64,000 bases of DNA from a virus. Position numbers and translations under genes: made by a program. Positions 1 to 7,235 of this stretch are shown one piece after another. Within the stretch, counting starts at the first letter, position 1. Every line of letters starts with the position of its first letter. The DNA is taken from positions 1-64,000 of the IMG/VR virus record IMGVR_UViG_3300032265_001591. One strand, written 5' to 3'. Below the pieces are notes generated by a model. It saw only the letters and a program-made list of their open reading frames with translations. It ran no database searches and was not told the DNA's origin.

Positions 1-26
1 CTTCAGAATCAAAGGGTTAGACCCAG

Positions 27-135
27 GGCCACCAGTGGTATGGCACCCTCAGACCATACTGGGTATGGTAGGGCCATCAGTAGCCCCTTCCCTGGGGAAC
101 CATACCATACCCAGTATGGCCACCAGTGGTATGGC
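27..135. repeat. Nested direct and inverted repeats
   Basis: 18-bp direct repeat GGCCACCAGTGGTATGGC at 27-44 and 118-135; 17-bp inverted repeat CCATACTGGGTATGGTA at 54-70 / 103-119; many CCATAC/GTATGG units. Confidence 0.85.
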
Positions 136-207
136 CTGGGGACTGCCATACCATACACAGTGGGACTCATTCACACCAACTCCTATGGTACCACCTGCAC
201 AAAATTG

Positions 208-236
208 TGTACATATATTCATAAATGATATATGAT
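208..236 (+). promoter_or_regulatory. Sigma70-like phage early promoter with no downstream ORF
   Basis: TGTACA-17 nt-TATGAT, same consensus and spacer (TCATAAA) as the cassette promoters. Confidence 0.65.
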
Positions 237-354
237 GGTATGGCCTGGGACTCGACCCACGTCAGCGTTCAGACTACGTTTCTGTCACGCAGGCGCCCCG
301 TCCACCCCGGGAACTCCCCATCGACTGAGTCACTAAGCGTCAGACTATGAGCAG

Positions 355-383
355 ATTCTACCTTTTATGAATAAATATGTACA
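355..383 (-). promoter_or_regulatory. Leftward sigma70-like early promoter
   Basis: Reverse complement reads GTGTACA-TATTTATTCATAAAAGG(17)-TAGAAT. Confidence 0.7.
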
Positions 384-487
384 CCCTTCCTTCACCAGGA
401 TTCACCAGGATTCCCTGGGTCTAGACCTGTGTACATAATTAATGCATAAATGTAGAATGGTCTCCTAAACTGAATAAAGGAATGAAC

Positions 488-766
488 ATGACTGAAGACC
501 AACTGATGGCGGCGATGTCGATGAAGAACCGGCACTCCAGGAACTTCCTCATGTGCCTGGACCCGCAGGCCAGCGACTTCGACCAGCAAGTGGCAAGCCT
601 CCGGCGAGTGGCTCGCGTCAGTGGGCGTGGCATCAGGATTCGTGGTCGCCTGGGGAAGAACAACCCGCACCGACACCTGTATGCGGTAGGCGGCTCGCTG
701 TACCGGCCTAGCAGCCAGGACATTCGCATTGAGCACTCCGTGCGGGTTGACATCTACCTGAAGTAG
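488..766 (+). CDS. Hypothetical early protein (basic)
   Basis: ATG 6 nt after AAAGGA of cassette 1; GC3-rich codons. Confidence 0.8.
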   Translation: MTEDQLMAAMSMKNRHSRNFLMCLDPQASDFDQQVASLRRVARVSGRGIRIRGRLGKNNPHRHLYAVGGSLYRPSSQDIRIEHSVRVDIYLK

Positions 767-848
767 CGCCGACCCAGGGACACCTGGGGCCTGTACATAA
801 TTAATGCATAAATGTAGAATGGTCACCTCAATGCAAAAAGGAATCGAC

Positions 849-1025
849 ATGAACAACATCGACATCGAAGACATGGGCGCGGACGACCTGATGAACATCC
901 TGTTGACCCAGGGTCAGGACGCCTTCGAGGACGCCTTCAGTCAGTGGTACACCGACGAGAACCAGACCGTGTACGACCTGGTGATTCAACTGGTCGACCT
1001 GGTGAAGACCAACGCTTGCATGTAA
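849..1025 (+). CDS. Hypothetical early protein (acidic)
   Basis: ATG after cassette 2 RBS. Confidence 0.8.
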   Translation: MNNIDIEDMGADDLMNILLTQGQDAFEDAFSQWYTDENQTVYDLVIQLVDLVKTNACM

Positions 1026-1124
1026 AGAGTCCCTGGGTTCCCTGGTGAAATGATTCACCAGGGGCCTGTACATAATTAATGCATAAATGTAGAATGGCCT
1101 CCTAAACTGAATAAAGGAATCACC

Positions 1125-1325
1125 ATGATTAACGAAAAAGACGTCGAGATCCTCTTGGCCAATCTGTCCACCGGCACCGAGACGGAGTTCGCCAACCTGC
1201 TGTTCAACTTCATGCAGGCCGGTCTCGTCGACAAGGACCGGTTCCGGGACATCATCATCGGTGCCCGGGCGAAGGCCTACGACGACGGAATGGACGCGAA
1301 TTCTGACCGAGGCATTTGGACCTAA
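1125..1325 (+). CDS. Hypothetical early protein
   Basis: ATG after cassette 3 RBS. Confidence 0.8.
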   Translation: MINEKDVEILLANLSTGTETEFANLLFNFMQAGLVDKDRFRDIIIGARAKAYDDGMDANSDRGIWT

Positions 1326-1390
1326 CACGGCCTGTACATAATTAATTCATAAAGGTAGAATGGCTACCTCAGTTAAATAAAGGAATCATC

Positions 1391-1948
1391 ATGAACGACA
1401 TCACCTCCGCCCTTGCTTCCCTCAACGTCCCGGTTGGCACCAGCATCACCGAGGCCGTCAAGAACGTCCGCACCTACATCCAGGGCGACCTGGACCCCAC
1501 CGGCGAACTGGCTCGTGCCTACTCTGTGGCAGAGTCCCTGGGCGTCACTGACCCGGCCTCCATCCTGGGTGACAAGCCCCAGCGAGCCCGACTGTTTGCC
1601 ACCAGCCTGGTGGCCAGTGCCCTGGCGGTACCTACTCGGTTCGACGTCAAGGAAGCCATTGACACCGCCATCGAAAAGGTTGCCAACCTGGAGAAGATGG
1701 GTGTGGTGTCCAAGGGTACCAAGGAACCCAAGGCCAAGGTCGAGAAGCCGGTCAAGGCTCCCAAGGCGACCGGCACCAAGGCTCCTCGTGCCCCTTCGAC
1801 CCACGTCAACCTGGCCCAGGCCATCGCCATCTACCAGGCTGATCCCGGCTGCCGAGTGTACGACCTGGTGACCCGTGTGGCCGAGGCCTACAACGTCGAC
1901 CGCAACAAGGCCTACTCCATCCTTCACCGGGCTCGGAAGGCGGCCTGA
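1391..1948 (+). CDS. Hypothetical early protein, K/P/A-rich linker and possible C-terminal HTH
   Basis: ATG after cassette 4; 185 aa; basic helical C-terminus. Confidence 0.8.
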   Translation: MNDITSALASLNVPVGTSITEAVKNVRTYIQGDLDPTGELARAYSVAESLGVTDPASILGDKPQRARLFATSLVASALAVPTRFDVKEAIDTAIEKVANLEKMGVVSKGTKEPKAKVEKPVKAPKATGTKAPRAPSTHVNLAQAIAIYQADPGCRVYDLVTRVAEAYNVDRNKAYSILHRARKAA

Positions 1949-2065
1949 CCCAGGGCCTTCACCAGGGTACTCGTCCAACGGGGTACCCTGGTGAATCACC
2001 AGGCCTGTGTACATAATTAATCATAAAGTGTAGAATGGCTTCACAATATGGAAAAAGGAATGAAC

Positions 2066-2233
2066 ATGGCCACTCGACTTGACTACCTCCGCGATTGTGT
2101 TGCTGCCCTCCAGGAAGAACTGGCGGGCTACCTGGTGAACGGCGCCACGCCGGAAACCATCGAGGCCGTGACTTACGACCTGAACTGGCACCTGGATGCC
2201 TTCGAGGTCGAATACAACCTTGACTGCCAATAG
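2066..2233 (+). CDS. Hypothetical early protein
   Basis: ATG after cassette 5 RBS. Confidence 0.8.
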   Translation: MATRLDYLRDCVAALQEELAGYLVNGATPETIEAVTYDLNWHLDAFEVEYNLDCQ

Positions 2234-2243
2234 GAGGAACACC

Positions 2244-2423
2244 ATGAAGTACAGCGTTCACAGTCGTCTGACGGAATCCACCAGCTACCCCATCCAGTGG
2301 TACGTCTGCGACGAGCTCGGTCGGTGGGTTCACACCGAACCCTTCCTGACCAAGGAGATGGCCGAGGAATTCCTGAAGGGGTTCCTGGTGTGGGTTGAAT
2401 CAACTGAACCGGGAGTCCTTTAA
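2244..2423 (+). CDS. Hypothetical protein
   Basis: AGGAGG RBS then ATG. Confidence 0.75.
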   Translation: MKYSVHSRLTESTSYPIQWYVCDELGRWVHTEPFLTKEMAEEFLKGFLVWVESTEPGVL

Positions 2424-2632
2424 TGAGCAAGGGTATCACTCAAAAGATGGCTGACAAGATGGTCGAATACCGCATCATTGGTATGAATTCATTCGGGCCA
2501 TTCACTCACGGTCCGGATATCAAGTCATACGCCAAGGCGGTCAAGGAACTTGAGGGATATCGGAAGCGCCCGCATTCACCGTCGACCACCTATACGCTAA
2601 TCGAAGTCACTTGCACCGCCCTTCCAGTCTAG
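2423..2632 (+). CDS. Hypothetical protein
   Basis: TAATG stop/start coupling. Confidence 0.75.
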   Translation: MSKGITQKMADKMVEYRIIGMNSFGPFTHGPDIKSYAKAVKELEGYRKRPHSPSTTYTLIEVTCTALPV

Positions 2633-2697
2633 GAGGCCTGTGTACATTAATTCGCATAAAGTATAAGATCTATCCATATTCAAAAAGGAACTGATCA

Positions 2698-2892
2698 ATG
2701 AAGCTGCAGGTCACCATTGGTAACGACTTCACCATGAACACCACGCCCCAGGCCCTGGGTCGCTGCTTCAGCCAGGAGGACGCCAGCATCCTGAAAGACA
2801 TGCTGAACCTGTCGGCGGTCCTTCACCTGGAAGGCGAGAGCGTCAACCAGTACATCGACGGCGTCCGTTACGCCGTCACCGTCATCAAGTAA
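2698..2892 (+). CDS. Hypothetical early protein
   Basis: ATG after cassette 6. Confidence 0.8.
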   Translation: MKLQVTIGNDFTMNTTPQALGRCFSQEDASILKDMLNLSAVLHLEGESVNQYIDGVRYAVTVIK

Positions 2893-2902
2893 GGAGAATA
2901 CC

Positions 2903-3070
2903 ATGAGCAACCCCCTTGTGAACAACTTTTTCATTGACATGTTGCTGATCATCCTCCGCGACCAGGGCGAGGAAACCTTCTTCAAGCGTACCTTCAATGC
3001 CAAGGAGTATGGGCTCCTGAACCAGGAGGAATTCGAGTTCCTGATGGAAAAGGCTCTGGCCATCATCTAA
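2903..3070 (+). CDS. Hypothetical 55-aa protein (not in ORF track)
   Basis: AAGGAG RBS; MSNPLVNNFF...ALAII*. Confidence 0.75.
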   Translation: MSNPLVNNFFIDMLLIILRDQGEETFFKRTFNAKEYGLLNQEEFEFLMEKALAII

Positions 3071-3135
3071 AGGCCTGTGTACATTATTTGGTCATAAATG
3101 TAGAATAGCTACATCAAATGAATAAAGGAATGAAC

Positions 3136-3387
3136 ATGAACTACCGCAACGACATCCTTGACATGACCCGCCTGTACACCGCCCAGGAGTACAACCTCCC
3201 GGTGGCCAGCTACTGCTTGGCCCAAGCGGTTGAGCAGGTCGCTGATTACTGGTTCGAAGGCAACTTCGAGTTTGACTGCGGCATGGACGCGCAGGAAGCC
3301 GTGTGGACTGCCGGGTTGGTCCACATGGTGATGGTGAAGTACTTCGAGCTGGAACAGGAGGCCAACGTTCGTGGCGCAATGTTTTAA
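3136..3387 (+). CDS. Hypothetical early protein
   Basis: ATG after cassette 7. Confidence 0.8.
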   Translation: MNYRNDILDMTRLYTAQEYNLPVASYCLAQAVEQVADYWFEGNFEFDCGMDAQEAVWTAGLVHMVMVKYFELEQEANVRGAMF

Positions 3388-3451
3388 GGCCTGTGTACAT
3401 TAATTAGTCATAAAGGTAGAATAGCTCCATCAAATGGAAAAAGGAATCGAC

Positions 3452-3736
3452 ATGAACTACGCCTTCAACATCCTCGTCACCCTCCTTGCCACTCGCGCTG
3501 CCAACTCCCTGGGTCTGACCCTGGGCATGAAGAAGGTCGACCGCCTGGTCCGCGAAGCCACCGAGATCGTGGTGATGGACTGGTGCGAATTCGACTACGA
3601 CAAGGACGCCCAGTGGCTGGAACTGATCGCCAGCGTGGAAGCCGGTTCGGATGACGGCGAGGACCTGGTGAGTGCCATCATCAGTCAGATGAACTTCATG
3701 GGCACCCTCGTCCAGGTTGAACGCCTGGCGGCCTAA
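3452..3736 (+). CDS. Hypothetical early protein
   Basis: ATG after cassette 8. Confidence 0.8.
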   Translation: MNYAFNILVTLLATRAANSLGLTLGMKKVDRLVREATEIVVMDWCEFDYDKDAQWLELIASVEAGSDDGEDLVSAIISQMNFMGTLVQVERLAA

Positions 3737-3800
3737 GGCCTGTGTACATTAATTAGTCATAAAGGTAGAATGGTATCACCAAATGAATAAAGGAATGAAC

Positions 3801-4040
3801 ATGAAACTCTTCATCATCACCGACGTCCTTTCCGACTACACCACCGGCATGGTGGCCATCAAGGCCGAGTCCCTGGAACAGGCTCGTGAGTTCTTTGTGA
3901 AAGGCCAGTCCGAGTACATCGAGAGCGTCATCGAGGAATTTGATGACGCCATCAAGAATGGTTGCTACACCGAATTCGACCTGGCGGACACCGACGACAA
4001 AGATTCGGGTGTCATCGTTGAGGTTTATGGTGGCGGTTAG
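3801..4040 (+). CDS. Hypothetical early protein (acidic, ends VYGGG)
   Basis: ATG after cassette 9. Confidence 0.8.
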   Translation: MKLFIITDVLSDYTTGMVAIKAESLEQAREFFVKGQSEYIESVIEEFDDAIKNGCYTEFDLADTDDKDSGVIVEVYGGG

Positions 4041-4112
4041 TCACCAGGAACCTGTGTACATTAATTGCGCATAAAGGTAGAATAGCTCCATCAAATGGAA
4101 AAAGGAATCGAC

Positions 4113-4388
4113 ATGAAAAACGCATACCCCCGGTTGTCCCAAGAAGCAAAGACCAGCTGGAGATCCACTTACATGGATTTCTCCAAGAAGTCCCTTAAGA
4201 ACGCTCTGGCTACCATGAAAGACTACATTGAAATGGAAGGCGATGCTGAAGCTGTTCGCGAAGTCCAGGAGGCCTTGAAGAAGTGCCTGGACATTGTCAC
4301 TGACCTGGGCAAGAAAGAAGACGAGGCGATACGTGAATCGTACAAGAAGCGTGTGCGTGAGGAGTCTGAACAGGAAGCCATGGGTTAA
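4113..4388 (+). CDS. Hypothetical early protein (helical)
   Basis: ATG after cassette 10. Confidence 0.8.
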   Translation: MKNAYPRLSQEAKTSWRSTYMDFSKKSLKNALATMKDYIEMEGDAEAVREVQEALKKCLDIVTDLGKKEDEAIRESYKKRVREESEQEAMG

Positions 4389-4476
4389 TGACAACCCTGG
4401 TGATTCACCAGGAACCTGTGTACATTAATTAGTCATAAAGGTACAATGGCTACATCAAATGAATAAAGGAATCACC

Positions 4477-4665
4477 ATGACGCACACCGAACAGCTCGAC
4501 CTCCTGACCTCGCGCTTCCCGGACGCCAACTCCATCCTCAAGGTGGACGGCCTCTGGGAAGTGACCGAGTTTATCGGCGACATCAGCGAGGAGCGTGACC
4601 TCTACGCCTACGTCCCTGGGACCAAGAAGTTCAATTTCATCGGTCACATTTCAGTCGAAATCTAA
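4477..4665 (+). CDS. Hypothetical early protein
   Basis: ATG after cassette 11. Confidence 0.8.
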   Translation: MTHTEQLDLLTSRFPDANSILKVDGLWEVTEFIGDISEERDLYAYVPGTKKFNFIGHISVEI

Positions 4666-4676
4666 GGAGACACACC

Positions 4677-4913
4677 ATGCCTTCCATGTCATACTGCATG
4701 TTCGAGAACACCACCCTCGAGATGGATCAGATCCTCAACACCCTCGAGGAGGCCCTTGAACGGGGCCAGGACCTCAAGCTCTCGCGCGACGAACAGTACG
4801 CCTACGACCGGCTGGTCTTCCAATGCAAGCGGTTCCTTCGGTTCCAGGACCTCACGGCAGAAGAGGTTGACCTGACCGATAGCTGCTACATCGACGCCGA
4901 CGACCTGGTCTAA
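4677..4913 (+). CDS. Hypothetical protein (MSYCMFENT N-terminus)
   Basis: AAGGAG RBS; 78-aa ORF. Confidence 0.8.
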   Translation: MPSMSYCMFENTTLEMDQILNTLEEALERGQDLKLSRDEQYAYDRLVFQCKRFLRFQDLTAEEVDLTDSCYIDADDLV

Positions 4914-4923
4914 GGAGGACCAC

Positions 4924-5010
4924 ATGGAATATCTGACTGAGCTGACGATTTTGCTGTCCGTCGTGTGCCTCTGGGCCGTTCAAGCCTGGAATACCAGGAA
5001 TAACAAGTAA
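4924..5010 (+). CDS. 28-aa single-TM peptide
   Basis: AAGGAGG RBS; MEYLTELTILLSVVCLWAVQAWNTRNNK. Confidence 0.7.
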   Translation: MEYLTELTILLSVVCLWAVQAWNTRNNK

Positions 5011-5020
5011 GGAGGACCAC

Positions 5021-5098
5021 ATGGACTACATTTCAGAACTGATGATTGGCCTGGCCGTTTTCACCTACATCACTGTCCAAATCTGGGGGGACAAGTAA
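5021..5098 (+). CDS. 25-aa single-TM peptide
   Basis: AAGGAGG RBS; MDYISELMIGLAVFTYITVQIWGDK. Confidence 0.7.
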   Translation: MDYISELMIGLAVFTYITVQIWGDK

Positions 5099-5203
5099 AT
5101 GACCGCTGCCGACCTGGTCGAGGTAACCACCATCATCACCGTTGGCTGCTTGATCTACCTGCTGCTGTGGTGGCTCCAGGGCGGGGACCTCAAGGATGAT
5201 TAG
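5099..5203 (+). CDS. 34-aa single-TM peptide
   Basis: Starts immediately after previous stop; MTAADLVEVTTIITVGCLIYLLLWWLQGGDLKDD. Confidence 0.65.
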   Translation: MTAADLVEVTTIITVGCLIYLLLWWLQGGDLKDD

Positions 5204-5798
5204 TCCCGCCTAGCCTAGTCCCGCCTGGCCTGCCCAGCCCAGCCTAATCCCGCCCTACCTGCCCAGCAGCCAACCCTACCCCAGGTCCACGGCTGCGAGG
5301 GCTACAACACCCGCCACCACGGTCCACTAGTACTCCCCGCTAGGTACTAGATGGACCGTTGCCTTATGCGTGACCCGTGCAGACCCCCAGCCAGACCCAG
5401 GGGCTAACCTAGGGTAACCGGCAGGGGAGGGGTGGGAAGACCGGTTCCCTGGTGATCGGGGTCCGAACAATGGCGGCAAATCCAGAACAATGGCCATAGT
5501 GGAAAACTGGGTCCCATATTCTTCGCTGGGGACCCCATATATATGGATTCCTTAATTCTCTATGGGACTTCTACACATCACCTCCAGACTCTTACATGCA
5601 TTCTCTAAGGATCCACCACACACTTCTAAAAAACTTCCGTTTTCCAATCTAAGAGTTACTTCTAAGAACTGCATAAGAAAAAATTTCCGGGCCAGAAAAA
5701 TTCAAAAAACCCTCATTCAAATAAGAAGGCTATATACAATATACTCTATTCTGTATATAATCTCTTTATACTCTATAACAAAAGGAATATTTAAGTCT

Positions 5799-6224
5799 AT
5801 GAAAGATTATCTAACTGTTGGTATCACTGCAAGCTGTTTTGATCTGTTCCATGCTGGTCATGTACTCATGTTGGAAGAAGCTAAGGAGCACTGTCAGTAC
5901 CTGATTGCTGCTCTGCAGACCGACCCCACGCTGGACAGGCCGGAGAAGATGAAACCGATCCAGTCTGTATACGAGAGGTTTGTTCAGTTGTCTGCTTGTA
6001 AGTATGTGGACGAGGTTGTAGTCTATGATACCGAAGCTGACCTTCTGAATGTGCTGTCGTCTAGGCCGATCGATGTTCGGATCCTTGGCGAGGAGTACAT
6101 GAATAAAGAGTTTACCGGTAAGCACCTGGATCTCTTTGAGTGTGTGTTTAATAAGCGGCATCATTCCTATAGTAGTACTGAGCTGAAGCGGCGGATCGTT
6201 AAGCGTATGAGCAGTGGGGTCTGA
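5799..6224 (+). CDS. Cytidylyltransferase, glycerol-3-phosphate cytidylyltransferase (TagD)-like
   Basis: FDLFHAGH (HIGH) motif, YSSTELK C-terminal motif; start moved to ATG 5799. Confidence 0.85.
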   Translation: MKDYLTVGITASCFDLFHAGHVLMLEEAKEHCQYLIAALQTDPTLDRPEKMKPIQSVYERFVQLSACKYVDEVVVYDTEADLLNVLSSRPIDVRILGEEYMNKEFTGKHLDLFECVFNKRHHSYSSTELKRRIVKRMSSGV

Positions 6225-6225
6225 T

Positions 6226-6438
6226 ATGAACAAAGTAAGTGAACGAGTCTATATGAAAGTAAAGTTTGATCCTATGTCTGTGATTCATATTCGTGAGTAC
6301 CAGTCTTTTCTTAAGACTCGGTCTTGGAAGAAGGGGTGTCGGTTCTTGCTTGAGTGGCCTTATGTGTCAGTACCTGATATGATCAGCTCGAAGTTGATCG
6401 ACAAGCACCTTAAGACCATCTTGGAGAAAGTAGCTTGA
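6226..6438 (+). CDS. Hypothetical protein
   Basis: ORF in operon context. Confidence 0.7.
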   Translation: MNKVSERVYMKVKFDPMSVIHIREYQSFLKTRSWKKGCRFLLEWPYVSVPDMISSKLIDKHLKTILEKVA

Positions 6439-6686
6439 ACTACAAGCACAAGTATAATGGTTTCTCTTACGAGCCTGTTCAGTCCGGTAAGGGTGATAAG
6501 TACAACTTGGTTCATAACGTGACTAACACACAAACAAATGAAACTTTTCAAGCTGAGTTTACTCCTTATTGTCATATGAGTAAGATTGACTTTGAGAACT
6601 ACATCGACCTTGGATGTCCGCCTAAGCGTGAAGTACGAATGCTGTCAAGTGATACTCTTCGACGTATGAAAAATAAACAGCTATAA
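6435..6686 (+). CDS. Hypothetical protein
   Basis: TTG start overlapping previous stop, GGAG upstream. Confidence 0.65.
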   Translation: MNYKHKYNGFSYEPVQSGKGDKYNLVHNVTNTQTNETFQAEFTPYCHMSKIDFENYIDLGCPPKREVRMLSSDTLRRMKNKQL

Positions 6687-6689
6687 ATA
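6682..6689 (+). promoter_or_regulatory. T4-type late promoter upstream of speD-pqqA
   Basis: Exact TATAAATA. Confidence 0.65.
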
Positions 6690-6716
6690 ACTTTACTTTT
6701 TATTGGAGATCTGAAG

Positions 6717-7067
6717 ATGGCTTTAGGGTACCATACGATTCTTGAGTGCTACGAGTGTGATGAGGATTTACTCAAGGACCAGGCTATGCTTGAAGAATAC
6801 TTAGTCGCTTCAGCTCAAGAGGCGAGTGCTACTGTTCTTCATACTTATTTTCATAAGTTTGATCGGGGTGAAGGAGTGACCGGCGTGATTGCTTTGTCTG
6901 AATCCCACATCTCCGTTCACACCTGGCCTGAATATGGTTACATGGCCATCGACATCTTCATGTGCGGTGACAGCAATCCAATCGATGCTGCTGACTTCTT
7001 AATAAATAATTTAAGGATCGGGAAGTTTTCGATCAATACGATCAACCGTGGGGATGACTTTACTTAA
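6717..7067 (+). CDS. speD: S-adenosylmethionine decarboxylase proenzyme
   Basis: LSESHISVHTWPE autocleavage motif, DIFMCG. Confidence 0.92.
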   Translation: MALGYHTILECYECDEDLLKDQAMLEEYLVASAQEASATVLHTYFHKFDRGEGVTGVIALSESHISVHTWPEYGYMAIDIFMCGDSNPIDAADFLINNLRIGKFSINTINRGDDFT

Positions 7068-7078
7068 GGAGAACTCTT

Positions 7079-7150
7079 ATGTGGACAACACCAACATTTA
7101 ATGATGTACGTTTTGGCTTTGAAGTCACCATGTACATTCATACTCGATAA
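7079..7150 (+). CDS. pqqA: Pyrroloquinoline quinone precursor peptide
   Basis: MWTTPTFNDVRFGFEVTMYIHTR (23 aa): W-x-x-P, RFGFEVTMY with the E-x3-Y core; AAGGAG RBS. Confidence 0.93.
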   Translation: MWTTPTFNDVRFGFEVTMYIHTR

Positions 7151-7235
7151 GTATATAATATATCTGAAACAACACCCGTGACGCCTCTCCATGAAGCGCA
7201 CCAGCACGGGTTTTTAACCTTGAGGAAAGTAAATA

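Larger units (their letters stand above)
426..4476 (+). repeat. Array of 11 dispersed ~60-bp promoter+RBS cassettes
   Basis: CCTG(TG)TACA-17 nt-TAGAAT...AAAGGAA..ATG; -35 hexamers at 430, 792, 1067, 1333, 2008, 2641, 3078, 3394, 3743, 4055, 4419, each with exact 17-nt spacing (-10 variants TAAGAT at 2664, TACAAT at 4442). Confidence 0.95.

Noticed and set aside
35-235. ORFs 35-235 and 40-228
   Set aside because: They lie in repeat DNA, lack an RBS and run through a promoter
970-1871. Shared GTGTACGACCTGGTGA (VYDLV) in two early ORFs
   Set aside because: Short match with no extended protein similarity; could be chance under strong codon bias
426-4476. Repeat array as CRISPR or integron attC array
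   Set aside because: Intervals are several hundred bp and are complete ORFs; the repeats are promoters with an RBS; no cas or intI gene is in the window
392-4925. Long minus-strand and alternate-frame ORFs in the GC-rich region
   Set aside because: Shadows of the GC3-biased plus-strand genes; no RBS, and they cross the promoter repeats
5562-5798. N-terminal extension of the cytidylyltransferase
   Set aside because: Family similarity starts at ATG 5799; the upstream part looks non-coding
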